This document shows, in pieces, positions 21,451-33,700 of a stretch of 64,000 nt of DNA. Numbering within the stretch: position 1 is the stretch's first letter; each line of letters opens with the position of its first letter. The translations under genes were made by a program, and so were the position numbers. The DNA is from Trypanosoma brucei (Eukaryota), in assembly GCA_000002445.1 (NCBI GenBank), contig CP000068.1, positions 1,120,001-1,184,000 of the forward strand, in the 5' to 3' direction. Below the pieces are notes generated by a model, which saw nothing but the letters and a program-made list of their open reading frames with translations, did not search any database and was not told the DNA's origin.

Positions 21451-22686
21451 ATGGAAAAAGTAACGCCAACTTCCCTCGCCAACGCATTCCTCGCTACCGC
21501 TGGCATCAGTGCGCCGATGTCATCTTCTGGGATTCGTGGCTTGTCATTGAGGTCAGTTCGCGAAACTGTTCACTGCGCAACGACACAAACCACTTCAGCT
21601 CCACCTCCGCCTGCCAACTGCCAGCAACATCAGCTCCTTAACACAACGGAAGATAAATGCAACGCGATATTTGCAGAAGTGGAGCTCCTCAGCAAGTGGT
21701 TGCAACACGCCGTGGAGAGTCGAGCACATGTGGAACGTGAGGCCTACGCACTGCTGCAGCAGGCAGATGTAAAAATACAGCATTTGGAGGATACGGTACG
21801 TCAGAAAGAAATGGAATTGCTTTATATGAGGGGGGCAATGGAAAGTTTGAGGACGCGTGTGGAGTTTTATGAGTGCAGGGAAAGGAGAATTGAAGGTGAC
21901 GATGATGATGCTAATTTTCCTCTTCGACGTGAAGCAGATTTCAAGGGTGCTGCGGTGAGAAAGGTGGTTATAATGGGGGAGAATAACACAAACGATAGCT
22001 ATTGCAGCAACCGTATGGGTAGAGGAAATGGTGTAATGTCCCCTGCTGATTTTACCGTGGACTCGACGGAACAATTAAATGCAGGCAAATGCGTCGACTT
22101 GGGTACCACCGCCACAACTTGCAACAGTAACGGAGTTGATAATGCCAGTGTATCTTCTCCCGCAGAAACTGGAGTTGGAGGCCGGTCTCGTGTAGGTCAT
22201 AGCGCACTAAGTTGGGTGAGATATCTTTTAGAGCGCTGCGTTTCCAATAGCGGCAAAGACGGTGCGAGTGAAGGTGCGGCGTCGATGAAGAAGAAAGGAG
22301 AAGGAAATGACCAACTGGCCGATGCGCTAACGATGCTGACAACTTTACAGTGTCAGTATGCTGACCCTAACGGTGATCTTGTGATGATGAACTCCCTTTG
22401 CACAAAGTTCTCGAATTCCATCGTAGCCGTGGCAGAGGAGCTAAACACAGCGCTTCAGATACCGTTGAAGCGGGCCTCAAACACAACTGATTCTCTGCAA
22501 ATATCGCAAGCTGCTAAAGTTGTTGAACACCCCGAGTCCGCGGCAGAGGCGTTACCATCGTCGAATCAGGAGCCGATAATGCAATGTAGAAAATCAGTTG
22601 TGGAGGAAAATCTTCAGCTCCTGCAAAGTTTGATGGCAGTGGAATCATCATCACGGGAGGCGTGGAGTACCCTCCAGAAATATTGA
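21451..22686 (+). CDS. Hypothetical protein with N-terminal coiled-coil segment
   Basis: 411-aa ORF starting with ATG, with coding-like composition. A heptad-like region lies at LLSKWLQHAVESRAHVEREAYALLQQADVKIQHLEDTVRQKEMELLYMRGAMESLRTRVEFYE. No recognisable catalytic domain. Confidence 0.5.
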   Translation: MEKVTPTSLANAFLATAGISAPMSSSGIRGLSLRSVRETVHCATTQTTSAPPPPANCQQHQLLNTTEDKCNAIFAEVELLSKWLQHAVESRAHVEREAYALLQQADVKIQHLEDTVRQKEMELLYMRGAMESLRTRVEFYECRERRIEGDDDDANFPLRREADFKGAAVRKVVIMGENNTNDSYCSNRMGRGNGVMSPADFTVDSTEQLNAGKCVDLGTTATTCNSNGVDNASVSSPAETGVGGRSRVGHSALSWVRYLLERCVSNSGKDGASEGAASMKKKGEGNDQLADALTMLTTLQCQYADPNGDLVMMNSLCTKFSNSIVAVAEELNTALQIPLKRASNTTDSLQISQAAKVVEHPESAAEALPSSNQEPIMQCRKSVVEENLQLLQSLMAVESSSREAWSTLQKY

Positions 22687-23000
22687 AGCAAATGTGGAGA
22701 TGTGTTTGTCTCTAGTCGCTGGATTCATGGAGAAAGTTTCATGTGCCGCTTGTCGTCATTGCTTTTAGCAGTGATAATAAGGGGCAGGTGTTTGTTTGGG
22801 CATAGAGCTTGGGCACATGGCGTTTTCTGGGGTTTAACACCGTGAGAAAATGGCAAATGCGGCGGGTAATTTTGCTTTATTCTATTTTGCTTCACTTTTC
22901 GATACGTCGCGTGGAGGGCCCCCCCCCCTAACCGGTAGCCGTGTAAAACCAACAAGTAGCGATCCGCATCACCCAATACGCATTCACGCATATATGTATT

Positions 23001-23022
23001 TTTCATATATATATATATATAT
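23001..23022. repeat. (TA)n microsatellite
   Basis: atatatatatatatatatatat read directly. Confidence 0.9.
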
Positions 23023-23860
23023 ATATATGCAAAATGTGCGTGAGGAAAGAACTCGGAAGGTTTTGTCGATTTCATGTTTCCCTAGTAGCGCTCGCATTTT
23101 ACTTCTGCTACTAACATTTGAGAATATTTAAACAATATTTATCGCCCCTCACACTGTCCACCCGCTTGCTTCCCGTTAGTTTTGAAAGGTTTTGTCCGTT
23201 TGTGTAAGCAGGGGAATAGGGGTGGAGAGGGTTTTGCTCGAAAATTATCTATAGAGAACTGAGCGGACGTTACTGGTACTGACTTGCTATGTCCGGCAAA
23301 CTGCAATGCTGAGCTGTCGCCCGCAACATTGTTTGTGCATTCGTGTTTTCCTGCACCATCTTTCTTTCCCTTTTGTTTTAACACTTTTATTATTATTATT
23401 ACTATTGTTATTGTTTGTCACGTGGTTTCGGGGCTACCTTATACAGTACAAATCCTCGGTGTACATTTGCTTCGCTGCTTGATTGAAATGGACTTACTTG
23501 TGGGTCCTTTGTTTTGTTATAAGTGTTTTGCGCTTAATATTTGTTATTATTTCCTTCTGTTCGGCGGTGTTTTTTTTTTTATTCGTCACTGAGTTCAGAG
23601 AGTTTGGCAGACGACATATCTTGTTCAGCTGCCCCTCTCTCATTACGGTGGTTACTATCACATACAGCACTCCCCTCTGTTCTAAGCTTTGCTGCTTTTT
23701 GTGCTACTTTGTTGCGATTTATATTTACCCTTATCCTCTGTCATCATTTTTGTCGCAACGTCTCCGCATTTACTGCCTCACCATATAAAAGGTACGCTGC
23801 AGCAAAAAAAAAAAGACGTGGATCAGGAGGGGAAAACGAAGTGCGGTCTGAAGGCACTTC

Positions 23861-24673
23861 ATGTTTAGCGAATCTCTCTGTATTCTCTCAAGGCGTTTCC
23901 GCTACAACACCAAGTTTCCTGCCCTAGTTTCTTACAACAAACTTCCATGGGAGGTTGTTAATCATGAAACTCCGCAATTTCACATGCACGTAGCGCCACA
24001 TTACGAGCAATTGCTAACACTGGCAGCTTCATCGCCAGTCCCCCACATCATAAGTAGCAAACACATCGATGTGCCACGAGAACACCGGCTTCGACTTCTT
24101 CCTGGCATGCTTTATTTACTGGATGGTGACACCCTACCGGAGGAATTCACTATAAACCGCGTGCTGGATCCAACAGCTTTGCAATACTATGGGAGGTTAA
24201 GTAGCCAAATAGTCACCGTAGAGGCTGTCCGTATGCTGGTGTCAGATGATCTTCGCCTTCTTTGTAACTGCATAACATTTAAGGGTCCTCTTCACCTGCC
24301 CGTTGCCCCCTATGCCTCTCTCGCTTCCCTTAGAGGAGCGTCTCAAGGTGGGACCACTGGCAGTGAGACAGGTTCCAACTGCTTTACCTTGTATCACTTT
24401 GTTAGACCCAACCGCCCGCCAAAGGAGTTACAGCTTGAGAAATATTACATTCACGCCCCGTGTGTAGCACCGCTTTCAGAATTTGCTTCGAACAGTGATG
24501 AACGGGGAAACTGGAGGCCGCGGTTGCAAGCACCGAAGCGCACACAACGTGCCACACCACTTCCTGCTTATAGGCCCCCACAAAGTTATTTGATGGGACT
24601 TGCTGAGCGCCTTGCAGTAGTTCCAGGAGGTTGCTTTGGTCGAAGGTCCCTCATGTGGGGTCACTGGTTCTAA
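23861..24673 (+). CDS. Hypothetical protein
   Basis: 270-aa ATG-initiated ORF in the same orientation as its neighbours. Composition is coding-like. No recognisable domain. Internal Met codons could be the true start. Confidence 0.4.
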   Translation: MFSESLCILSRRFRYNTKFPALVSYNKLPWEVVNHETPQFHMHVAPHYEQLLTLAASSPVPHIISSKHIDVPREHRLRLLPGMLYLLDGDTLPEEFTINRVLDPTALQYYGRLSSQIVTVEAVRMLVSDDLRLLCNCITFKGPLHLPVAPYASLASLRGASQGGTTGSETGSNCFTLYHFVRPNRPPKELQLEKYYIHAPCVAPLSEFASNSDERGNWRPRLQAPKRTQRATPLPAYRPPQSYLMGLAERLAVVPGGCFGRRSLMWGHWF

Positions 24674-25232
24674 AGCACAATAGAGGCAATGAAAATAGTG
24701 GCGCGGGATGTGCACAAGTTGGCGAAGCATAAAGTGGTGAAACCATTGGGGAGGGAGGGAGGGAGAGGTTGGAGGAGAGAAAGAAAAGGGTTCAATGATT
24801 TCAGTGGTGCCGATACACGAAATCTGCTTTCGGGGTGGAATGATTTTTTTTCCCTCTGTGGCGGTGGGAGGCCGAAAGTTTTTGCCTCCTACAGGTTGGG
24901 TTCTTATGAAACGAGCGTACAAGGAAGGTGAGTAGCCACATCTCTTTCGGTGCTTTTCTACGCAACCGAAAGTTCATCGGGGACATTATCGCTTTTATAA
25001 AAGTTCCACTTTTTATGGATGGCGTACAGCACACATGCGCACACAAAAAAGTAACAGTAATAATATGCGGTGCACGCCTGTTTGTGAGTTCTGCCGGAAG
25101 AGTACCGTTCTCGTTAGCGAAGAGCCGATCTAAGCATTCTATTCTACCACTCTCATCTCTTTCCCTTTTATTGCATTTATACATTTCCATACTCTCCTTC
25201 GCAACTGCAGAAGTACTTTGCGTACTTCTAAT

Positions 25233-27647
25233 ATGCCGAGCGACCACCAGCTTAGTAAGTCCACCATGGCAGGTGCGAAACATATGGGACAACACCGCAG
25301 GGTATCGATTAAGGTTTGCCGGCAACCAAATACTCGCTTAGGATCTTCGAAGGGAATCGGCACCCCCCATGAGCGGCCAAGACCTTCGCGGGGGCAATCG
25401 CAGCGGTTGCGGTGCAGTTGCTGCTTGCAGGATTTACCTTCGCAAGTGGATGGAAACCTGTCTGATAATACATGCTGGCGTTGCGGTTATATGACTTGTA
25501 CTTCTTGCCGTAGTAATTTATCACCATCTGCCCATAGGTGGGTTTGCACTACATGCTCAAAGAAGATCAGTTTTACATGGTTGTTTCAAAAGACGGTCCA
25601 CGGCGCCGACCTGTTGCTTCGGGTCCTGGAGTTCTGTGAACCGCGTGTGCAGCCTCTTTTGAAGTGTGTATTTGCAACTGAGGACACTCAAAAAACGTCG
25701 CAATGCGAGAAAACACCAACAAATGGTAGGGGTGCGGTTTCCCAAGTGACGAGTTGTCAAAAGCCGAAGCACGTCGCAGTTACATCAAAGGGAGAGGAAA
25801 CAGAAGAAGATGCTAAATTGTTAGTGAAGGGTGCAACCCAGCGGCGTTCTGCCGCAAAGGCTACCCCGCGGAAGGGGAAAATATCATCAAAGTACGTGAC
25901 GAAGGCCCAATCTCCGGAGATGCAAGTGCGTTCACCACCTCCTTCGCCGTCTCGAACCCCTTTCAAGTTCCTGTCAAACTCTCCGTCTGGGAATAAGACT
26001 CCTTTAAAGCGCATCGAAAAGAATACAAATCTTTCCAGTAATGGTGCGAGCCCCACCGCAAAACCGGGAATAGCTCATACAACGATACCAAGTGACGGTG
26101 GTACCAGCACAATCGGAAAGAATGTGGGTGCTGGTACGATGGTGGGCGTCTCAGGTTCACGTGGTGGTGGGCATCGGCAGGATGAATTGGGAACGGAGGT
26201 AAAAAATGGCAATCAGTTTCTTCGTTGCGATGGGATGCATCCCGACCCCAAGTGTCTCGTTTTCTCGTACAGTAACGACACGCATGCCTCTTCGCAACTA
26301 AGTTTTGCAATATCAGGAGCTGATAGTCCACCTCCTCGCTTCCCTAATTTTTCAAAGTTTCTGGACGATCAAGAAGGTTTGCGTCGCGAGTTTGACGAGC
26401 CGCAGAATCGGAGGTTGCAGCACCTGTTTGCAGAAAAGGATGAACCTCAGAAGAACTATAGTGATTTGGTTACGGTGGAGACGTCAGAAGGTGTTAGTCC
26501 GCTTAAGGTGGTTGAGTGCGCGGAAGCCGATAACAATTTCCCCATTCCTCCAAAACTGGCGCTTAATTTTTGCAAATTGGGGTTGGTTTCAAACCATGTG
26601 ACTGATGCGGAACAAGAACCTTCAGCCGTCCACTCCTCTAATAACAAACTCATATGCAAGCCCACAGCACGTGTGAGCATCAATGCTGAAAGTGCCACAC
26701 AACGAGGTCCGAAGAAAAACAGTTGTGGATCAGGTGGACCCCACGGCTCCGAGCACGCTTGCACGAGTCGCCTGGTCCGCAGCAACACCATCAATGGTGA
26801 TTGTATCGATGCAGTTTTCAAGCGAATACAACCATGTTTGACGACAGTTGTGCATGACTCCAACGGTGCTTACACCGGTGGGCCGCAGAATGGCAATACG
26901 GCTGATGCTGGTACTGGTACTGGTACGAAACTCGGAGCGTCGAATAAAACTCATTCGCGTGCTCCCACCATTAAACCACCTAGCAAAACTCGAACAACGT
27001 CCAGCTCCCGTACCTTCAAAACACCGAGGGCTCTATTTAGCGACAGCCGGCTTTGTGGGAAGGATGCGGATTCCAATAGTCCGCACACTCGGAGGGGCTC
27101 CGCACGTTACCTGCTGGCAATAGAAAAAGATGGCGTGCATTCCCCTCGTCCAGCTCCAGTTCTTGCGGGTGTTAAGCCGAGGGGGCGAACTCCTTTAACC
27201 GCTCGTCCCCCTTCGTCAAGGTGTTCAGGGGAGTGTGGTGCACTTGCAAGGGGGAGTTCAATACTAACACGACAAGGGGTATCGGTACCACGTCAGCGCA
27301 CATGCGAGGGACAAGGAAGTAGGCATGCTCGCGTTAATACGCCTCTCCAGCGTATCCATTCTAGTCGTCTTGTTCCTGCAGAGGATAGCCAAGGCCGTTA
27401 CTTGCCATCACACGGTAATGCCGACGCAGTTAAGCCTCGGCTATCGATAAATTCTGGGCAAAGCGTTCAACTGGTTCCGCCTGCCCCCTTAACTGTTAAT
27501 CCTTCGCGGGGACGTGCCGTGGGCACCCTGAATGGGAAAGGTGCAACATCGACAGGAGGTAATTCACAAACGAATCTCAGCAGGGGAGGCGCGAATGGTG
27601 CTTCCACTTCTCGCTTCATAGCTCAGCGAACGTGGAATTTGTTGTGA
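25233..27647 (+). CDS. Hypothetical protein: N-terminal 4x CxxC zinc-binding module plus long Ser/Thr/Pro/Gly-rich disordered tail with RGG
   Basis: The ORF-track start at 25218 is TTG. The first ATG is 25233. Four CxxC pairs sit within about 50 aa (RCSCC...CWRC...CTSC...CTTC). The remainder is low-complexity (SRGGGHRQ, PPPSPSRTP). Confidence 0.5.
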   Translation: MPSDHQLSKSTMAGAKHMGQHRRVSIKVCRQPNTRLGSSKGIGTPHERPRPSRGQSQRLRCSCCLQDLPSQVDGNLSDNTCWRCGYMTCTSCRSNLSPSAHRWVCTTCSKKISFTWLFQKTVHGADLLLRVLEFCEPRVQPLLKCVFATEDTQKTSQCEKTPTNGRGAVSQVTSCQKPKHVAVTSKGEETEEDAKLLVKGATQRRSAAKATPRKGKISSKYVTKAQSPEMQVRSPPPSPSRTPFKFLSNSPSGNKTPLKRIEKNTNLSSNGASPTAKPGIAHTTIPSDGGTSTIGKNVGAGTMVGVSGSRGGGHRQDELGTEVKNGNQFLRCDGMHPDPKCLVFSYSNDTHASSQLSFAISGADSPPPRFPNFSKFLDDQEGLRREFDEPQNRRLQHLFAEKDEPQKNYSDLVTVETSEGVSPLKVVECAEADNNFPIPPKLALNFCKLGLVSNHVTDAEQEPSAVHSSNNKLICKPTARVSINAESATQRGPKKNSCGSGGPHGSEHACTSRLVRSNTINGDCIDAVFKRIQPCLTTVVHDSNGAYTGGPQNGNTADAGTGTGTKLGASNKTHSRAPTIKPPSKTRTTSSSRTFKTPRALFSDSRLCGKDADSNSPHTRRGSARYLLAIEKDGVHSPRPAPVLAGVKPRGRTPLTARPPSSRCSGECGALARGSSILTRQGVSVPRQRTCEGQGSRHARVNTPLQRIHSSRLVPAEDSQGRYLPSHGNADAVKPRLSINSGQSVQLVPPAPLTVNPSRGRAVGTLNGKGATSTGGNSQTNLSRGGANGASTSRFIAQRTWNLL

Positions 27648-28268
27648 CGGATGTAAATGTTGTATAATCCACTGAAAAGAATGAGTGTGTTGCCGTCTGC
27701 GTTTGTAACACTAGTGTGTGACGGCGGAGGTAATAGAGCGGTTTGAGGGAGAGAAGATAAGATCGATAAAATATTGAGTTAAGTTACACTGATTATTTTT
27801 CCATATTCCCGTCACATGCGCAGGAATTTGCGTAGGTGCTCGCGTACTTTAAGGGGTTGCTTGCTGCTTTAAGCTGCCACCATCTGTTTTAAAGACTGTT
27901 GTCGCCCTACCCTCGTCGTTGTTGCTGCAGGTGTTGTTGCGAACGGTGTTCTGCCCCGCTTCTTCCACTGTGCTTCATGCATCAGTTCGTTATTTCACTT
28001 TTGTTACCCTTTCGTTACTTATATTGATTTCCATGAACATGCGGGTGTTGAATTGCATGCATGCTTTTTTGACAGTGTCGTTTTGCCAATGGAAAGGAGA
28101 TGAAAGTTTAAGCGCTGCAGATTTTTCGCCCTCCATAACCCTTCTGTGTCCACGCACTTTAATCAGCAAAACCTACACGGTCACCTTCTGTTCTCCTCCT
28201 TTCGTTCCTGTGTAGGGTCCAGTTTTGGGGGTAGGGGGTTCCTGTCGTTTAGTTGAGCAAACATCTGG

Positions 28269-29759
28269 ATGAACGCAGCAGTTGTGACAAATGTTGGACT
28301 TATTGTCGACGTTGTCATCGTCGCTCGTTGTTTAGATGACGCGGAACTTGCGGGTGTAGAAGGGAGAGGAAGCTCCCTCGAGAGCACTACAGATGTCATC
28401 AAAGGGGCGTCCACTTCCTTCTCTGTTTTTAGTTCACGAAAGTCGTCTTCCCGGGGGGTTTATTTCATCACCGATGGGAATGCTTCGGTTACACACACCA
28501 ATATAGGGGATGGAACAGGAATGACATCATGTGACAGCAGCGACCTGTTGTCGATCCCGGTTGCGAGTTCCATCCTTAACGATGACGTGCATTACGAATG
28601 CCGCGCCGTGAAACGACCGCTGCCTCAGCGCATCTTTCATCATTTTGATGTTTTACCGTTTGGTGTCATAAGTCCATCTGCTGTGTTTGCTGTTCTTGGA
28701 CGACACACCAATAGGGGACTTGTTACAGCCATTACCACGGAAGGCTTATTTGTAGTTCGACGTTATGCCAGCGGTGCACCTCTCAAAATTACCCCACGCG
28801 GTTTGGACAGAAAGAGAGTAACAGAAGAGGATGTGGAGATTATATCTACATTTAGTAAATCAGATGCCGTGGATATGGATATCAAAACCTTTATGTCTAT
28901 TGCTAGACAATACAAGGAGCGGTACGATGAAAGCAATAGCGGGAACGCGGATAACTACAACCAGGACACGGGTAGAACTCTAGACAGCTCTAATGGCAGC
29001 GAGTGCCTGTTCAGCGATGAGAGTGAAAACGGTAAATGGCGCACACCTGAGGATATTGAGTACTGTGCTCTGAGGGAACTGCAGTTAGCGCCTTCACTTG
29101 CACTGCACGATCCTGTGCCACCTTTACGTGTTGGTTCGAGGGTAATTGCTAGACGAAGCTGCAGTGGCATTTCTCTGCACATTGCCCGTGTATGCAGAGT
29201 GAATTATGATGTGACGTACACGCTTGTCTACGAGTCGGACGGCGCCACAGAAACGGGTGTGTTGCACAATGATGTGCATCTGCTTGACGAGTCTGAGGCG
29301 GAACAGTGCAGCGTAAGAGACAACGTAACCGTAATTCTGCACAAGCAGAGGCCAGCCGTTATCATCGAGTGTTGTGGTGATGAAAACTACCGCGTCATTA
29401 TTGATCAGAACCGCAACCAAGCTGTATCCATAAAGGGTAGTAATATTGTGTTCGTTGCGCCACTTTTGAAGGAAGCGTTATACGCTGACCCGGTTATATT
29501 ACGGTGGTTCCGAGAACTTGATCGTACGCGGGCGGGTGTTGTCGAATGGAAGGATGTCAGACACCTCATACTTAGTTGGGAAGGTTACGATACGGAACGA
29601 ACATTTAGAAAAATAGGGGAAGCACAGAGAGATCTGTGTCTACGGCTTGGATGTATGGAACCACAATTGATGAAGAGAGTCCCCGTTCAGATGGATGAGA
29701 TGCAGTTGCGTTTCCCTGAGTTCGAGTACGTCATCCTTCGACTGAAAAATTTGTTTTGA
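28269..29759 (+). CDS. Hypothetical protein, possibly with tandem Tudor/chromo-barrel-like segments
   Basis: 496-aa ATG ORF. The segments VGSRVIARRSCSGISLHIARVCRVNYDVTYTLVYESDG and VTVILHKQRPAVIIECCGDENYRVIIDQNRNQAVSIKG look like short beta-barrel repeats. This is a weak assignment. Confidence 0.45.
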   Translation: MNAAVVTNVGLIVDVVIVARCLDDAELAGVEGRGSSLESTTDVIKGASTSFSVFSSRKSSSRGVYFITDGNASVTHTNIGDGTGMTSCDSSDLLSIPVASSILNDDVHYECRAVKRPLPQRIFHHFDVLPFGVISPSAVFAVLGRHTNRGLVTAITTEGLFVVRRYASGAPLKITPRGLDRKRVTEEDVEIISTFSKSDAVDMDIKTFMSIARQYKERYDESNSGNADNYNQDTGRTLDSSNGSECLFSDESENGKWRTPEDIEYCALRELQLAPSLALHDPVPPLRVGSRVIARRSCSGISLHIARVCRVNYDVTYTLVYESDGATETGVLHNDVHLLDESEAEQCSVRDNVTVILHKQRPAVIIECCGDENYRVIIDQNRNQAVSIKGSNIVFVAPLLKEALYADPVILRWFRELDRTRAGVVEWKDVRHLILSWEGYDTERTFRKIGEAQRDLCLRLGCMEPQLMKRVPVQMDEMQLRFPEFEYVILRLKNLF

Positions 29760-30751
29760 AATGCGGTTGTGTTTTATTTCCCTTCTTTATCCTTTGAATT
29801 GTGCTTTTTCTTCTTTTTGGTAAGAGCGCGCAACGAAACGACGTGCCTTTCATTGGTTCCTCTTTTTTTTTCTGTTATACCCCGGTGTGTTGTTTACTTT
29901 TGTTTTTAAAGAAGTAGGCTGATTTAATTTGCTCCTTGTGTGGAAACGGAGTTGGGGAGGAAGTGTTGTTGTACCCTTGAGGTATTTCATTCATCAGTGT
30001 GGTCGTAACACGTGTTCCATCTTCATGTCAGTGTATACGTGTTATTTCCCTAATTTATATGTATATCTATTTAAATTCGTTAAATTCCGTGGTAGGGACA
30101 GATGAGAAATTATAGGTACAATAAAGCACGTCACTCCTTGATGTGCTCCCATGTTCATGTGTAATGCGATCATTTAATCTTTTCTTTTCTTTTTTCCTTT
30201 TTTCCTCTCTTGATCCTCGTGTGTACTCTTATTTCCCCAAATACTGAAAAAAGTACGTGTATATGTTGCCATGTGGTATATACTCGTAACCGCCCTCTCT
30301 TTTTTTTTGCTTTTGTATGGTTTCCCATTCCTTTCCCCTTCATGGAGGAGGGGCCGCAGTTGAGGTATGGTTGTGGGTGTATTTCTCGTATGGATGTGGG
30401 TGGTGAGGGGCCTTTAAAACAAAAAAAAACCAAAAAGTTATATGACAAACGGGAGCAAGGGGGAATGGCACTCACATCACCACATATCCCCAAGGAGAAA
30501 TAAACAAATGTTTTTGTGGGTGGGTGGAAAATGATAATAGCGGTGATGGCCAATAAATGAAGGGGACCAATATAATCCATTACTTGACTCAATATTTTAA
30601 TTCTCTTTGTATGGATTGGTTTGTCTGGTGGCGCACTTTTCTTGTTTTCGTTTTTGTTGCTTTCTTTTAAAATGGATCTTCACGTACTGTGAGTAGTCTC
30701 ATTACTACCACACTTTCTCCCCATTCCTTACTTTAACTCTTACATAGCGCA

Positions 30752-33700
30752 ATGCCACAGACTGTTAGCAGCCGGATTGCAGAATGTTGCACTGCTGCCG
30801 ATAGCGATGGCGGGAGCGCGCAGTTATGCGTTGTGAGTATTGGCTTCGATATTGAGTGCATAACAGCCAATATTGTGCGCCGTGTGGTGGAAGCTTGCAA
30901 CCTACCGTCACCCAATGCATGTGTTTCATGTGTTGTTCTTCCTGACGGTACGGGGGATAGCGTCCTTCTACGAGTGGCAAGCACACTCACTCGCATTCTT
31001 TCTAATAATGATAGTACTGTTCGTAATGATAACTCGGTGGCAGTGGTGAATGTACACGCCGTGTTAGAGGGAACCATGCCGCGGCAACGTTGCACTTACT
31101 ACCAGAGTGGAGGTATTGTGGTGTTATGCAGCCGAGTATTGTGCGCTGATTTGCTGCATCGCCGCGTTGCGCGTGAGTTGATTGGGTGCGTTGTGGTGCT
31201 GTTGCGGAGGCAGCGGGTGGATGGCATCGCTCATACAGTGGGTTTTTGTGCCGAAATCCTTCTTCGAGGTGGAGGACCCCTCCTCCTTCCGACACACCGA
31301 AAGCATCCACCCTTCGTCCTTCTTTCTGATGATCCCTTTTTTGTGCGCTACGCCATTCAGCATCCGCGGGTTCGGCAGGAGCCCTTTCTAGTTCAGGTAC
31401 GCGTAGATAATGTGCTGCTGTTTCCACGCTTTCGCCTGGACATCATGCGACACTTTGAAAATGTGGCGTCTCAGCGACCACTAATAGTGGACCGCTTCAC
31501 CGTTAATATGGCTAGGACGACTTACATTCTTGATGACTTGCTCTGTAAGGTTATCATGGAGATTGTGACAGAACTTCATGAGGTGTGTAAACGTATGGGT
31601 CCTTCAGGCTGTTGCCGAAACCACAGCTGCTTTCCTAATTCTAATGACCAAGCACCCAGAAACGCGCATAAGAGAGGCGCGTCTAATACCCGTAGTGGTA
31701 TCGCTGACGGTGATGAACCGCACTCCCGACTGGACCCCTTATCGCAGCGTCAGAGGTTGGACCACTGTTCCGGAGGTCAACCCAACGGATCACCCCCCGG
31801 CTACAGCAGAAAACCGTGGGTGGTGTCTGCGAAGCGGGCTGTCATTAACTTTGCCGGTATTTTGTACGAGAACGCGATAAACATCAATGATCGAAGTTTG
31901 GATGATGATCTTCACTATGCATTAAGAACACATGACACAGGCTGGCCATACGGGAAACTGTGTGAAAGTCTTATCGACCTGAGAAAACTTCGGCGCATAG
32001 TGCGGTCCGGTTCTCCCTATGCGGCCGTGCTGGAGTTGGAAGAGCTACTGATGGAACGAACCCCTCGGTTTGCAGGTCCTAGTTTGAGAACAGGGTGGGC
32101 GACGGTTCAGCATCCGGATGCCCTTTGGACACTGTCTCAGCACTTTTCTTCCATTACGAAACTCTTCGTGTACCGTATAGGTGAGGTGAAGGAGGTGAGC
32201 AACACCACCCCACAATGTGGCGGTTGCACGTCTAGAACGTATATCAACGTGGACACTGCGACCCCAGCCAGTGTGGAGGATGAAGACTCCAGCAAGGTCA
32301 TTGTCATTGATGGTGATGATACCAACACCGACAGTGGCACTGACGATGATGATGATGACGACAACGATGATGTACTCTGTGTGTCAGAAGTTAGGCCCAA
32401 GCGCTTTCTTGTTCCCCGGGTTGACGAGGTGGATCCATGCATGGAGCTTACAAATCGGCTCACAATGAACTGGGGGAGAGATGCACATCGCAAACAAGTG
32501 ATTGGGGCATCTGCTTTGTCTTCAGACGATCCGCTGAAGGTAAAACCACGGGTTTTGATGGTTGTTGTGTTTGGTCGTATGGCTTTCCAGCGGTACTCCT
32601 GTCGGCTTGCTTATTCACTGGCCGACTTCCAGGCGTTGGACTTGGATTGTTTTGTGACGATGTACCAAGGAAGGCACGGTGCAAAACAGCAGCGGTACAC
32701 ACAGAATCCAACACCAGAGGCTTCCGATGCGGCGAAGCTGCGTACATGGTTTTTTCATCACAAAGTAGAAAGTGTGGATGATGATGTCGAGCACAAAGCA
32801 GGTGAGGGTGCCGACGACGATACCGAGAAGCAGGGTGGCTTGGATAATTCCACTACTTTCTCAAAAGACCCCAGCTTCCTTTTTTCAGATAAATGTAGTG
32901 TCTTGGGAGGGCCTCGCGGGAGTGACAACGTCGGTTTGAGCACATCCACAGATGGTACATCGCATTTAAATGAAAGTGGTCGCAACTGCGGCCATAACGG
33001 CGTATCCTTGCATCGCTTGATTATGAAACAAGGCCAATCACTGTCGTCCATGCATCGCTCACAAGGAGGTTTGCGGAATGGGAGCGATGGACTAACGGAC
33101 GCCGTAACAGCTTCGGCGGCGCCTGGATCGAGCACTTGCATCTTGAAGTTTGACTATGCTCGGGACAGTGTTGCACGGCTGACTTTCCATTCGTGTGAAG
33201 GTGACTCTTCACCATCGGCACTGCCACTGCACGTGGCTGTGGTGGATGGGAACAAATTGTGTGTGTCAAGTCTCGTTGAGTTCATAAAGGGGACACACAG
33301 TGCACTCACTCCTGATAGCACCGATGACGACGGGGCGCCTGCTGATTCATTGAGGGTAGTCAGGATTATTGTCGTTGAGCAGCAGCTGCGTTTCATGCGT
33401 ATGCTTGAGATGGCACAAGATGTGTTATCACCTCAACATTTGAAAAATCTTCGCGTTCAGGTTTTGGTGGAGCGATCGCCTGCGTCATCGTCTGCACCTT
33501 CATCGCAAACTGGCGGCGGTACTCTTCCTGAGGATCCTGTGGTGGCTGAGGAGCAAGAAGCTTTTGCCGCGCTCGCGCATGCGAAGGCAACCCTTCCGGC
33601 AACGCTAATCGCTGATCGAAATGCCGTTCGTTTAGTGGAGGAGCGTCTCGATTCTGCCGTACTCGACGAGGGGCGAGTCCGCAGGGGGCGCCGCCCTTCC

